DNA of 42,656 nt from Promethearchaeota archaeon (lineage in GTDB: Archaea > Asgardarchaeota > Lokiarchaeia > Sigyniarchaeales > SOKP01), in assembly GCA_048938445.1 (NCBI GenBank), contig JBHLME010000024.1:1-42656 (forward strand), given 5' to 3'. Under the pieces are notes generated by a model that had not been told where the DNA came from, ran no database searches, and saw nothing but the letters and a program-made list of their open reading frames with translations. This document shows positions 27,946 to 39,100 of the stretch, one piece after another (position 1 is the first letter of the stretch; each line of letters begins with the position of its first letter). The translations under genes and the position numbers were made by a program.

Positions 27946-30900
27946 TCATTCTCGAAGTACTCTTCTCTTCCTGATGAAAAAAGTCGCCACCGCGACCACG
28001 CCAATACCCAAAGACGCTCCCACGATGATTAATATTGCCTCGAAGAGTCCATCTTGATTTCCGCCGTTATTATCATCATCACCGTCAGCTCCATCAGTTC
28101 CCCCGTTATCATCTTTGTCCAATACCTCGGGGTCCACAGCAAGATACATCTCGTAATACCCATCCAAATACCCTGAAGCAGATATGGACATGTTAAGTAA
28201 GATTGGATCGTCACCGGGAATGACCGTGATCGGGGATAAGAGGACCCTGTATGAACCTCCTCCAAGATTAATGATGTTGCTCGTTGGTAGTTCATCCCCA
28301 TCCCACCACACTTGCATCGTTGCGAAACTAATTCCTTGACCGAACGTGTTTTGAACTAAAAATACGATGATAAACTCATCGGTGGAAAAGGATTGGTCTT
28401 GGATACCAATATTCAGTGAAGTTTCTGGTGAAGGATCTGGCGGTTCCCCGATAGAAAAAAGAAAATCGCTTTCATCAACCGCTTCTCCTCCAAATCCGTC
28501 ATTTACGAGTACTTTAATTAAGACGGAATCGGAATATCCTAAACTGCTTACATCCCAGAGGTAGGAAGTATCGGTTATTCCCGTGTCTAAGAGCCACCAA
28601 CCTACCCCTTCAATGCTATAAGCAAGCGTGTAAGTGAGAGCATCGCCATCAAGATCAAATCCAGACCATTCAATTACTACCGAATCGATGTAGCTCTCAT
28701 TACCATTGGGAGTATTTAGAATAATACTGGGGATTCGATTAATGACCGTGTAGCTAAACGGATTTCCATTCGGGTCGGTACGATTGGAATATCCTCCCTG
28801 GAGATCCCACACTTTCAAGTACCAAACCACTCTTGTACCATGGTCAAAGGCAGGAATCGTGCCTTGCCACGTTCCGGGATTGGTGACTTGCTCTGAAAGA
28901 ATAGCACTATCCCAATTAGTACCATCATTAGTAGAATAAAGGATTAATGCTGATTGAATTTCTCCTTCATCGAAGATTTCTACTATGATGAGTGGTGAAT
29001 CATCCTTACATGGTGCTAGTCCATCTTGTGAAGAATCCAAGTCTATATCGGGAAAACTGATAATGGGAGGAAGATAATCATAGGTATTGTGTTCGAGAGG
29101 GTAAGATGTTTCGCAAATAAATTCATTGGTCCTAAAGATAAAGGTCCCAAAGGTCTGATCGATGCCCCATTCTTGAACTATTGTATCAGTAGATTCATCA
29201 TCTTCAATGGTATACCCTACCGAATACTTATCTGAAATTGTTGCTTCTACATACATTTTCGTTTTCATAGTTATACCAAGAGTCGCTTGTAGACCAGGAA
29301 GCTTTAATATAGTTTCAGAGGATATTTGTATTTCTACTGAGATAGTTGTTGTAAGTGATTCACTTACTTCATAAGTATATTCATAAGCGGCTCCTCCACT
29401 GTCTACTCGAGTATCCATCCATTGAACATCTTGCCACCCGTTATGAACGGGATTTTGCTCTCGCCATTCTTGCGGGGCATTAACATCATTTAGGAATACC
29501 TCTCCACCACGAATGATGCCATATAAAAATTCTACATCTTCATATCTATCCGTTCCGTTAAAATAAGCGCGATGATGTCCTTTAAGTTCATATTTTAAAG
29601 TCCAAGTTTCCCCCCAATATCGATCTCCATATCCCGGACCGATATAATCTTCATTAGAATCATCAGTACTCGACTTGAGTCCCGTGGTGCGTCTCACCTC
29701 ATATCTGCGATCAAATCCCGTTTCTGTTGTCATTTCTAGTTTTAATTCTTCAGTAGCACCATACTCTGTTCCACAAAAGGGCTCCTCAACAAAATCACCT
29801 ATTCTTAGACCAGCTGAAACGCCTGAAGTAATATCAAGCCCGAATGCCATGGAAAGCCCTTCGGACTCCTCGTACCTCGAAAAACTATTATCTCCACTCG
29901 GATCATGCAGTATTAAATATAGTTTTTCCCCGATAAATTTCGTGTCCCGCTCAAGCACTTCATCAACATCCATTACAAGCTTGCTAAAAGTAAAGTTACG
30001 ACTATGACTTACTATAGGAATGGAATTCTCATCCTCATATCCTAAGAGAGTAGCATTTACTGGACCATCAATTTCACTACTATATGGAGATAAGTTGATT
30101 AAATTATCCATTGCGCTTCCATAGTTAATCCCATTAATCACTAGTTTGATATCTAATAGAAAATCATATATACACGAGAAGTTAAAAATTGGATCCCCGA
30201 TAGGAAACATGACGAGAGCATTCTCTTCTGGGGATTCCCATTTTAAATAAGGACCTGCTATGGCCCTAATCTCTTCCGATTCGTTGCTTTCCCCTATGAA
30301 ATTCTCCGCGGTGATTACGTAATAATAATATTTGTTTATTTCAACGCTATCATCAGTATAATTATTTCCTAATGAGTTTCCTACTAGAATCTTAATTCCC
30401 CCAGAATATTCTCCCCTATATATGTTATATTGCGTATTAAGATCAAAATTATCATTTGGAATATCCCAACTTAGATTTATATGATGATATCCAGAATGTC
30501 CTTGAACATTGAAAGGTGCGTCGGGAGGTTGGTCAATAAAATTAGGATCGATGATTTCTAGACCCTCACTTCCATCCGCTAAATAAATTAAATCACCTGA
30601 GAGAAAGATTCCCCATGCTTGATCCTCATCATTATCCGTATATTCTCCTAATTTTTGAGGTTGTGTTGGATCGAATACATCATAAATCTCTAATCCGTAT
30701 GAACCTTCAGCAACATAGGCTATTTTGTTGTCCACGACTTTAATACCTGTTACTACTCCATCAACGAAAAATTCATCCAATTTTTGTATTTCATAAGGAT
30801 AAGATTTATCTGAAATATCTAATATATAACATACATGAAGGCTTCCTAAATAGGCTCTATCTCCTGAAATTTCTATACTCCAATCGCTATAAATAGACCC

Positions 30901-31617
30901 TTCATATGACCAACGATGTTCAAGGGAGATATTATCTCCCATAAAGAAATTTTCAAAGGCTAAAAGACCATTCTGTTGGTCGACTAAATATGTCCAGTTC
31001 CCTGATACCTTTACATCAGTATAAAGTCCAAGGGCAAAAAAAGCCCCTATTCTTTCAGGAGAAGTTGGATCTGTAATATTTACTACAGCAAGTCCAGCAT
31101 CTCCAACCGATAGGAAAGCGTAATTTCCCGAGATGTCGATGCTCATTGGATAGCCTGGAGAACTCCCCATGTCTGTATAACTGTCATAAAAGCCTATCTT
31201 CTCGGGATTGTATGGATCTGAGATATTGATTATCTTTAATCCTAAATCATCACATAAATACGCAAGTTCATCCTTAACATAAATCGCAGTTGCACGCGCC
31301 CCATCATAAAATTCACTTATTTTCTGGGGATTTGAAGGATCTGAAACGTCTATGATTTCCAGACCGTCCTCTCCATCTGCCACGTACGCTAAATTATTTG
31401 AAACAAATATTTCAAAAGCGTATCCTCCGTCATAGAACTGTGCTATTTCAACTGGGTTACACATATCACTTATTTTCAAATTTTCATTAAAATCATTTAA
31501 ACTATTAATTTGAGTTTGATCATCAGTCAACTGAATATTGATCATTGGTATGACTGACATCATTACTAAAACTAACAGTATTGATTTTGTTTTTTGTTTA
31601 AATCTCATTTTATTCAC
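27946..31617 (-). CDS. Cell-surface protein: signal/TM, LVIVD repeats, FN3, Ser/Thr-rich central domain, Ig-like domains, C-terminal TM
   Basis: AYVADGEDGLEIIDVSDPSNP-type repeats; PPDAP..LSW..YNIYR..YYYVITAEN..GES (FN3); acidic Gly linker, TM helix, RKRR. Confidence 0.88.
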   Translation of the reverse strand: MNKMRFKQKTKSILLVLVMMSVIPMINIQLTDDQTQINSLNDFNENLKISDMCNPVEIAQFYDGGYAFEIFVSNNLAYVADGEDGLEIIDVSDPSNPQKISEFYDGARATAIYVKDELAYLCDDLGLKIINISDPYNPEKIGFYDSYTDMGSSPGYPMSIDISGNYAFLSVGDAGLAVVNITDPTSPERIGAFFALGLYTDVKVSGNWTYLVDQQNGLLAFENFFMGDNISLEHRWSYEGSIYSDWSIEISGDRAYLGSLHVCYILDISDKSYPYEIQKLDEFFVDGVVTGIKVVDNKIAYVAEGSYGLEIYDVFDPTQPQKLGEYTDNDEDQAWGIFLSGDLIYLADGSEGLEIIDPNFIDQPPDAPFNVQGHSGYHHINLSWDIPNDNFDLNTQYNIYRGEYSGGIKILVGNSLGNNYTDDSVEINKYYYYVITAENFIGESNESEEIRAIAGPYLKWESPEENALVMFPIGDPIFNFSCIYDFLLDIKLVINGINYGSAMDNLINLSPYSSEIDGPVNATLLGYEDENSIPIVSHSRNFTFSKLVMDVDEVLERDTKFIGEKLYLILHDPSGDNSFSRYEESEGLSMAFGLDITSGVSAGLRIGDFVEEPFCGTEYGATEELKLEMTTETGFDRRYEVRRTTGLKSSTDDSNEDYIGPGYGDRYWGETWTLKYELKGHHRAYFNGTDRYEDVEFLYGIIRGGEVFLNDVNAPQEWREQNPVHNGWQDVQWMDTRVDSGGAAYEYTYEVSESLTTTISVEIQISSETILKLPGLQATLGITMKTKMYVEATISDKYSVGYTIEDDESTDTIVQEWGIDQTFGTFIFRTNEFICETSYPLEHNTYDYLPPIISFPDIDLDSSQDGLAPCKDDSPLIIVEIFDEGEIQSALILYSTNDGTNWDSAILSEQVTNPGTWQGTIPAFDHGTRVVWYLKVWDLQGGYSNRTDPNGNPFSYTVINRIPSIILNTPNGNESYIDSVVIEWSGFDLDGDALTYTLAYSIEGVGWWLLDTGITDTSYLWDVSSLGYSDSVLIKVLVNDGFGGEAVDESDFLFSIGEPPDPSPETSLNIGIQDQSFSTDEFIIVFLVQNTFGQGISFATMQVWWDGDELPTSNIINLGGGSYRVLLSPITVIPGDDPILLNMSISASGYLDGYYEMYLAVDPEVLDKDDNGGTDGADGDDDNNGGNQDGLFEAILIIVGASLGIGVVAVATFFIRKRRVLRE

Positions 31618-31853
31618 GTCTTTTTGGTTAAATTTTTATTGGATTGAGGAATAATGAGACATTTTTGTATATAAATCTATTAGGACTGAATTTTTACATT
31701 TTAGCCCTGGAATTTAGAGGTCATTTTTAGCATGTTTTTAGTGTGAAAACTACTTTTTTCTTTTACACATTTCATTTGAAGGCAAATTATTATTTATTCA
31801 TGTATTTCATTTTTTATTCATCGATCTTGAATGACAAAAGAAAATTGGGGGTG

Positions 31854-32066
31854 CTAAGGCTTGCAGATCCTAATAATATTATCGTTGTTCCCTTCACAAA
31901 GTTGAATGAGATTTTTATTGGCCAAATTCTTGAAGTGATAATAAGAAAATTCGAGACAATCCTTTTCAAGTGCGTCCGTATCAAATTCAATGGCACCAAT
32001 GAATATAATGGTGTCTTTTTTTCCAAGAATTCTTTTCGCTTTAAACTTAAACATTATTTTCATCAT
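31854..32066 (-). CDS. Small hypothetical protein or gene fragment
   Basis: Most protein-like of four overlapping short ORFs; no recognisable motif. Confidence 0.3.
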   Translation of the reverse strand: MMKIMFKFKAKRILGKKDTIIFIGAIEFDTDALEKDCLEFSYYHFKNLANKNLIQLCEGNNDNIIRICKP

Positions 32067-32348
32067 GTTTGAATTAGATTGTGTATACTCATTTTTTGAT
32101 CTATTTTCGACTTTTCTAATTAATAATCAAAAACAAGATAAATATACCTTACTTGGTAATCTACAAAATACCGAAAAAAATATAAAACAGATCTCATTAA
32201 ACTCCTTATTCATTCAATAAAATTCATATCAATCAACACCTAATTGATTCGATATAATAAGATTAAAGTTAATGTAATTGATTGAAAATAAATAAATATT
32301 TAATATAAACAATTGAAAACTAATAAAAATAAAGGAGATTGATGAGTT

Positions 32349-33647
32349 ATGCCTAAAGATAAAGACCATCTAAACCTAGTAATCATTGGCCACATTGATC
32401 ACGGCAAGTCCACCATGATGGGTTGCATGTTAATCAAGACCGGTGCAGTTACAGATCGAGAAGCACGAGAGCTAGAAAAATTAGCAAAGGAATATGATAG
32501 AGAATCATGGTCATATGCATATGTTTTTGATAGATTGAAGGAAGAAAGACAAAGGGGTATTACGATCGACCTTGCCTTTAGAAAATTCGAAACAAAATCA
32601 AAATACTTCACGATTATAGATGCTCCTGGACATGCTGACTTCGTCAAGAACATGATTACCGGAGCTTCTCAAGCAGATGCTGCAATTTTAGTAGTCTCTG
32701 GAAAGAAAGGAGAAATGGAAGTTGGAATTGCCGCAAATGGACAAACTCGAGAACATGCGTATTTAGCACAAACATTAGGTGTCAAGCAATTAGTTGTTGC
32801 TATTAATAAAGCTGATGTGTGGGAGTATAAAGAAGACAGATATAATGAATGCAAGGATGCGGTTTCTGATCTATTAAGAACAATTGGTTTTCCAGTCAAA
32901 AAAATTAATTTCGTACCAACCAGCGGTATGACTGGTGAAGGTTTGGTTGAAAAATGTGAAAAAATGCCATGGTATGACGGTCCCACGTTAATTGATGCTA
33001 TTGACTCATTTGTTATCCCTGAAAAGCCTACTAATAAGCCTCTTAGAGTACCAATTCAAGATGCATATAAAATTAAAGGTACTGGTGTTGTTCCAGTTGG
33101 TAGAGTTGAAACTGGTGTATTGAAGAAAGGGGATAAGATTATCATAAAACCAACCGGCTTCCAAGGCGAAATTCGAAGCATTGAAATGCATCATGAAGAG
33201 ATTCCTGAGGCGCTTCCAGGAGATAATATTGGTTTTAGCATCCGAGGTATCGAAATGAAAGATGTAGGCCGTGGAGATTGCCTGGGTCATCCAAATAATC
33301 CTCCTACAGTAATCAATCCAAGTGGAAGTTGGACGGGGCAAGTAATCGTTATTTGGCATCCAACCGCACTAGCACAAGGATACACTCCAGTTGTTCATGC
33401 TCACACTGCTCAAATCGCTGCTAAATTTTTAGCCTTAGATAAGAAATTAGATCCAAAAACTGGCGCAGTTATCGAAGATAATCCTAAATTCATAAAGAAA
33501 AACGAGACCGCAATCGTTACCTTACAACCTATCAAAAAGATGTGCCTGGAAAAATATACTGAAATTCCAGAAATGGGTAGATTTGCTGTTCGGGATATGG
33601 GTCGAACTGTTGCAGTTGGTATCGTAAAAGATCTTAAAACAGAATAA
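32349..33647 (+). CDS. tuf: Translation elongation factor EF-1alpha
   Basis: GHIDHGKST, RGITID, DAPGH, NKAD, GRFAVRDMGRTVAVG. Confidence 0.98.
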   Translation: MPKDKDHLNLVIIGHIDHGKSTMMGCMLIKTGAVTDREARELEKLAKEYDRESWSYAYVFDRLKEERQRGITIDLAFRKFETKSKYFTIIDAPGHADFVKNMITGASQADAAILVVSGKKGEMEVGIAANGQTREHAYLAQTLGVKQLVVAINKADVWEYKEDRYNECKDAVSDLLRTIGFPVKKINFVPTSGMTGEGLVEKCEKMPWYDGPTLIDAIDSFVIPEKPTNKPLRVPIQDAYKIKGTGVVPVGRVETGVLKKGDKIIIKPTGFQGEIRSIEMHHEEIPEALPGDNIGFSIRGIEMKDVGRGDCLGHPNNPPTVINPSGSWTGQVIVIWHPTALAQGYTPVVHAHTAQIAAKFLALDKKLDPKTGAVIEDNPKFIKKNETAIVTLQPIKKMCLEKYTEIPEMGRFAVRDMGRTVAVGIVKDLKTE

Positions 33648-33851
33648 ACCAACTATTTTTTTTGAATCTTTTTTTAAGAATTATTTAACCTATTTTTATT
33701 TCATTCTTTTTTGAATATTTTAATTCAATTCCTACATGCAAAACAGATAATCTCTGGATATTACCATCGTGTTATCAGTATATTATATGATTTTTTGAAA
33801 GATTTTTTTTTTTTTTTAATTAGGAATATTTTAATTATATGGTAAGAAATT

Positions 33852-34340
33852 TTGATTGCATATAAAAATAAAATTTGTTTTCTAGGGGAAGCGGGTGTTG
33901 GAAAGACATCGTTAATATCTTTACTTAGGGGTGAAGCGATGAATTTATCAAATGATAGAACAAAACCAACGATTGGTTTAGAAATAAAAACTTCAAAAAT
34001 TGGAGATGCAAAATGTACGATATGGGATTTGGCAGGGCAAAGGAGATTTAAAGCAATGTGGGCTGATTTTTTAAAAAATTCTGGATTAGCAGTATTAGTT
34101 TGTGATTCAACTGAAGAAAATCTTGAAAAGACCAAGGAACTCTATAAAAGATATGCAAAGCGTATTGGTGCGAAAATTATAGCGATCGCAAATAAACAAG
34201 ATCTTCCTGGAGCGTTAGGGGCTGAAAAAGTGCAAGAAAAATTAGGTGGAATTCCTACTTATGAAATGAGTGCGATAAAATCAGAATTAAGTGAAAGAAT
34301 GAAAGAGATATTGGAATATGAACTCTCTGTAGACCAATAA
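33852..34340 (+). CDS. Arf-like small GTPase (Ras superfamily)
   Basis: G1 GEAGVGKTS, G2 PTIG, G3 WDLAGQ, G4 NKQD, G5 SAI. Confidence 0.93.
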   Translation: MIAYKNKICFLGEAGVGKTSLISLLRGEAMNLSNDRTKPTIGLEIKTSKIGDAKCTIWDLAGQRRFKAMWADFLKNSGLAVLVCDSTEENLEKTKELYKRYAKRIGAKIIAIANKQDLPGALGAEKVQEKLGGIPTYEMSAIKSELSERMKEILEYELSVDQ

Positions 34341-34343
34341 GAC

Positions 34344-34901
34344 TTAAAATAATCGTCCTATTATGTGAGCCAACCTTGTACATTCGGGTTGTTTTGAATC
34401 AATACACACCTTATTTAATAACAATTCGACCTCATCAATATCAATTCCTATTGCATGAAAATATACCTTAGAATAACCACCCGCTGTTTTAATATCCGTT
34501 TGATATAAATTTCCAGCATTAAAAATGAGCTGTAATTTATCCTTAAAAGAATCCGGAAATTTTTGTATCAACGCTTTTTTCACCGAATCCAGATTGATTT
34601 CTCTATCAACAATCGCTATAATTGGCTTTTTTACTTCTTGGAAGACTCGTTTCATGTCCATTATGTTGAATCCACCAAAAGTGATAGTATCGGTTATTAT
34701 ATATTGCACGTGTTTTTCTTTTTGTTTTACTAACCGAATTAAAACATCAGTAGAGTCATTTCCATCAACATCAATTTCGCCTCTTATCGTATCAACCATT
34801 CTAACTCCTTGACATACGACTCCAATTAATTGTGTCTTTAATGCTTTAAAACCTTGATACATAGCATCATCAACACCCATGACAATAGGATAATCTTTCA
34901 T
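34344..34901 (-). CDS. DUF99 family (endonuclease V-like fold) protein
   Basis: MGVDD, VDGNDST, DTITFGGFNIMD, PECTRLAHIIG. Confidence 0.9.
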   Translation of the reverse strand: MKDYPIVMGVDDAMYQGFKALKTQLIGVVCQGVRMVDTIRGEIDVDGNDSTDVLIRLVKQKEKHVQYIITDTITFGGFNIMDMKRVFQEVKKPIIAIVDREINLDSVKKALIQKFPDSFKDKLQLIFNAGNLYQTDIKTAGGYSKVYFHAIGIDIDEVELLLNKVCIDSKQPECTRLAHIIGRLF

Positions 34902-34905
34902 GTAA

Positions 34906-35358
34906 TCAGATCTCCGGTAGATATTTTTTCACATGGTTTAATAATACTGTAAAAGCTTCTGTTGCTCCCTCAATTTCCTCCCTCCTATTATATAAATTTC
35001 CTGAGAGGTTCTCTGTTAGAATATCGATGATTTCTGTTAAATCAATGTTATTATTTATCCATGTATACGCAATTATTGCTTCTACAGTATCTGCCATATC
35101 GTGAGCATCAGCTCTATTTTTTGCAAAATTCTTCAGATGGGCATTTTTTAACGCGTTAGCGAGTACATCCTTGCTTACTTTTCTCCCAGTTCTAATAATA
35201 GCATTATTTTTATTATTTTTCGTTAAAAAGATCGATTTTGCCATGGAAAATGCTAAATTTACGACGCCATCTCCGATTTTAGCCAAACCTTTATCTATCC
35301 CGATGGCTTTTTTGGATTTCTTTATATCCAAATCTTTAATTAAAAAATCATAAGACAT
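34906..35358 (-). CDS. Archaeal ribonuclease III-like family protein
   Basis: DKGLAKIGDGVVNL and ADTVEAIIAYTW; position between rpoL and DUF99. Confidence 0.85.
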   Translation of the reverse strand: MSYDFLIKDLDIKKSKKAIGIDKGLAKIGDGVVNLAFSMAKSIFLTKNNKNNAIIRTGRKVSKDVLANALKNAHLKNFAKNRADAHDMADTVEAIIAYTWINNNIDLTEIIDILTENLSGNLYNRREEIEGATEAFTVLLNHVKKYLPEI

Positions 35359-35418
35359 TAAGTTAATTTGAATTATGAAATCTTATAAACTTTTATGAAT
35401 AATAAAAAAGACTTTTTA

Positions 35419-35928
35419 TTACATTAATTTTTTAAAAACATCCTGAACTGCTTTGACATTCTCTCTAAGGGAATTTATGCATTTCTGGACGATATCCTTT
35501 ACCTCATGACCATCTTCAATCCTTAGAAAGATTTTTGGTGGGTCAATTCGATTTACTTTGTATGCAGCAGCATTCACACCTTCAATGTTTAATAGATGCT
35601 TCACAAAGATATTGCAAAATCCATGCGATTGACCATCTACAATCAATTCAAAATCATTTTCACTATGAGTCCTAATTATACCAGGTTTAATATATTTATA
35701 ATCGAGGATAAGTGGTTCAAGTTCATCTTCAAAAACTTCATCAAAATCCTCTTCTTCTAAGTCAACTTCTCGTGGTGATGGGACTGGTTGTTCTGGCACA
35801 CCTTCTTTTTTCTTTTGAATATCTGGAAATAAACTATCATCATCTAGTTCTTCTAAATCGTCATCTTCGAGATCAGAAATTTCATCTTCTTCTTCTTCTT
35901 TAGGTTCCACGTTCTTTTTCTTTGCCAT
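35419..35928 (-). CDS. rpoL: RNA polymerase subunit L (Rpo11) with acidic N-terminal extension (start moved to MAKKK)
   Basis: DGQSHGFCNIF..LL..GVNAAAYKV matches the GExHTxxN..V..AxY pattern; conserved gene context. Confidence 0.85.
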   Translation of the reverse strand: MAKKKNVEPKEEEEDEISDLEDDDLEELDDDSLFPDIQKKKEGVPEQPVPSPREVDLEEEDFDEVFEDELEPLILDYKYIKPGIIRTHSENDFELIVDGQSHGFCNIFVKHLLNIEGVNAAAYKVNRIDPPKIFLRIEDGHEVKDIVQKCINSLRENVKAVQDVFKKLM

Positions 35929-36164
35929 GATAATTATAGCAATATTAGATAAATTAAATTTTTTATGGTTATTTATAGTGATTTCATTTTTCATAGAAAT
36001 TAATCTATAGCTACATGATCAAAATTGAAGATGTGCTGATATTTTATTATAGATCTTAGAAAATTTAGACAAAAGTTTATATATTAAATCTAAAACTAGG
36101 GGATTAATCTTTTTATAAGAAATATATGATTTAATCATAAAAAAAGAAAAGGTTTGAAAGATAT

Positions 36165-39100
36165 ATGAATAAAAATAGAACAACAAAACTTAAACACTTA
36201 GTTTTTATACTATTTTTTGCTATAAGTACATTGACAACAGGAGTCTTAATTAATTTCAGTGCATTTAATTCAAATTTAAGCGGTTTAGAAGATATAGCTA
36301 ATCCTGATGATTTAGCTGATGTGGTAACAAGATCATCTGGTATAACTCATGTAGGTGAGATATTGCCTTTAGAGGAATGGTGGAATACTACTTGGTCGAG
36401 TCGAATTGGTATAAAAGTTGAAAATTTATATAATTATGATAGGTATGATCCTGTAAGTATTTACATGACTTTTGGATCAAACGATTATGTTGATGGTACT
36501 GAGAGACTTGTAAGTTATAATCATACGGGTAATAATGAATGGAGCGATCCAATACCCATTCAAGTATGGAACAAGTCATTATCCAGTGGTTATGTTCAAT
36601 CATGTACCATTACATTTCTGGCAAACGTATCTAAAAATAGCAACTCTACTTATTATTTCTATTATAATAGTAATGATAATGATATCGATACTAGTTATGA
36701 TTATAATACAGGATTTACGAATTCCTACAATGGTACCGCACTCACAGTTATAAAAAATGGAGATTATGGTTCAATATACAAGTTAAAGCTTGAGCAAGGA
36801 AAAGGAGTACATTCATTACAAAACGTGAATATCGGCACGGGTGGTACTAATTACCATAATGTTTATTCCCTTGCACCAGAATTATATTATCAACCACCAG
36901 ATTCTACGCCTCCAACACCACTAGTAAATATTAAGATGTCGGAAGGTTCTGGTATTAATGTCGCTGATCAAGCAGGATCCCCTGGACCAGCAGGGACTGG
37001 AACACTTCAAAATGCTGGAGCTGATCCTGAAAGTGAATGGATAACCGGAATAGAAGATTCTGCACTGAATTTCACTAGCAGCAACGCGGAACACGTGCAA
37101 TTTGGTGGTGTGTTAGAAAATACCGGTGAACCATTTGAAAGTGGGGCCACAACTTGGACCATGACGGCCTGGATCAATCCAACAAGCTTATCCACACAAA
37201 GTACGCCCATGGGAACTCAAAATGTCTTTGTTTCGAAAGCAGATAATACTATTGAAGAAATTTTTGAGATTGGAGTAACAAGTGATGGAAGGATTGCCAT
37301 ACATCTTGATTGTGGAAATGGACCATCTGATTCTTTATTCGATAATACCTTTGGAGTTACAAGTAAAGTTCAAACTGGAACTTGGACATTTATAGCCCTT
37401 AAGGTAGATTTGACATTGACCGATAATGCCGTTGGAATTCGATTTAATAATGAGGCTGGAGCTTGGAAATATGGCTCAAATGTATGGAATAAAGCAAACG
37501 GAATAGATGATCCAAATGGTTGCGGATTTAACATTGGAGCCTCTTTAGATGGAACTACACCCGTCTATTTTGACGGGGCTGTTGATGAAGTGAGGTTCTT
37601 TAATACTATCTTATCAGATAATCAACTTAACGCTGTTTATAATTCCACTAATCCTGAGAGACTATATACTTCAAATATTACAAGTATCACTCCAGTGAAT
37701 GTGGGACAAGTTTTTTCAAAATATACTGTTGAATGGAGCCAAATTCAAGATATGCATGTAACAGACACTTGCACTTTCTACTGGGATTATAACTTGTGGA
37801 ATATTGAACGAGTTATTTCATTTGATCAACCCTACGATAATAATGATACTATGATTCCAATGAATACATATTACTCCTTTTATTCCAGCAGTCCTGGGGG
37901 TGTTAAATATATATATGATGATCAAGTTACCACGGGTATAAGTACCGCTGGAAACGTGATTGATCCGATTAATTATACGGTTATTCATGATACAGCAGGT
38001 TTATCTAAGTACGCATTTGGAATATTTACGACAAATTGGACTTTATCTGATGTGGGTACAATGGAAATGAATTATTTTAATGGTTCCGTTGCTTATGAGG
38101 ACAGCAGCGTTAAAATGTATCCTGGAAGAAATAATGATTTCGATAATGGTGGAGGGCCTCAAACAAAGAAATTAACCATCAAATTCTGGGAATTCATCGA
38201 TGTTGTTACGAATACTACAAACGAACAATTAATAAATCATTTTAAGATGATCAATACAAGATTACATTATCCATTAAATATATATTTATACAAATCAGAA
38301 TCACTCAAGTATGATATTAAAGTATATGTTGAAAATCATGATGGTAGACCCGTTCCCATGGCGACTGTGTGGATATGGAATCAAAGTAATACTGCAATCA
38401 ATTGGTCTGACCAAACAGATGAATCAGGTTATGCGACATTTACCGATTTTAGAAATGGTACCATTTATGAAATTAGACCCATTTATGAATTAAATTCGAC
38501 GGTTTCAATAGAAATAACTAGTACTAAAACTTTAACGGATTTAGCTGGAAATGTAAATTCAATGGGTATATATCAAGAAAACTTTACCGATGTTAGTTTG
38601 ACTTCGCTTGAAATTAATTGTTCGAAAAATAATACACCAATGAATTCGGCATACTTAAAAAATGTTCGCTATTATTACAATCAGACATCAACAATTCTAC
38701 TTGGTGATATACAAGCTAATTCATCTGGAGTTGCAATAATCAGGTGGAGAAACTCAACAATTGATGGAAATGTATCCTTTACATTAGAATGGGCGGGTCA
38801 AGCACAAAATCCTCTTCACTGTAATGAAGATGAGGATGGTTTTGATGATGCTTCAATAACACTTAATTTTACAGCATTTGCAAGACATAACGTAACTGTC
38901 CTAAGTGGTACTTGGGAGAATTATACCACTAGAATTGAGCCAATAAATGACATTACTTGTCAACTGAGAAAATCGTTTACCATTACATTAAATTTCAGTT
39001 ATTATGAAAACGGTATATATAAAGCGGGTTTAAATGGGACCGTATCGATGAATTTAAAACTTGATGGACTGGTTATAAATACAAATCCAATATTATTAAG

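Noticed and set aside
31743-32220. Four overlapping ORFs as a dual-coding locus
   Set aside because: No motifs; at most one small gene or a decayed fragment
100-33820. Long A/T homopolymers (e.g. near 100-111, 649-661, 17106-17118, 33803-33817) as phase-variation tracts
   Set aside because: Expected in a very AT-rich genome; mostly intergenic or poly-Lys codons with intact frames
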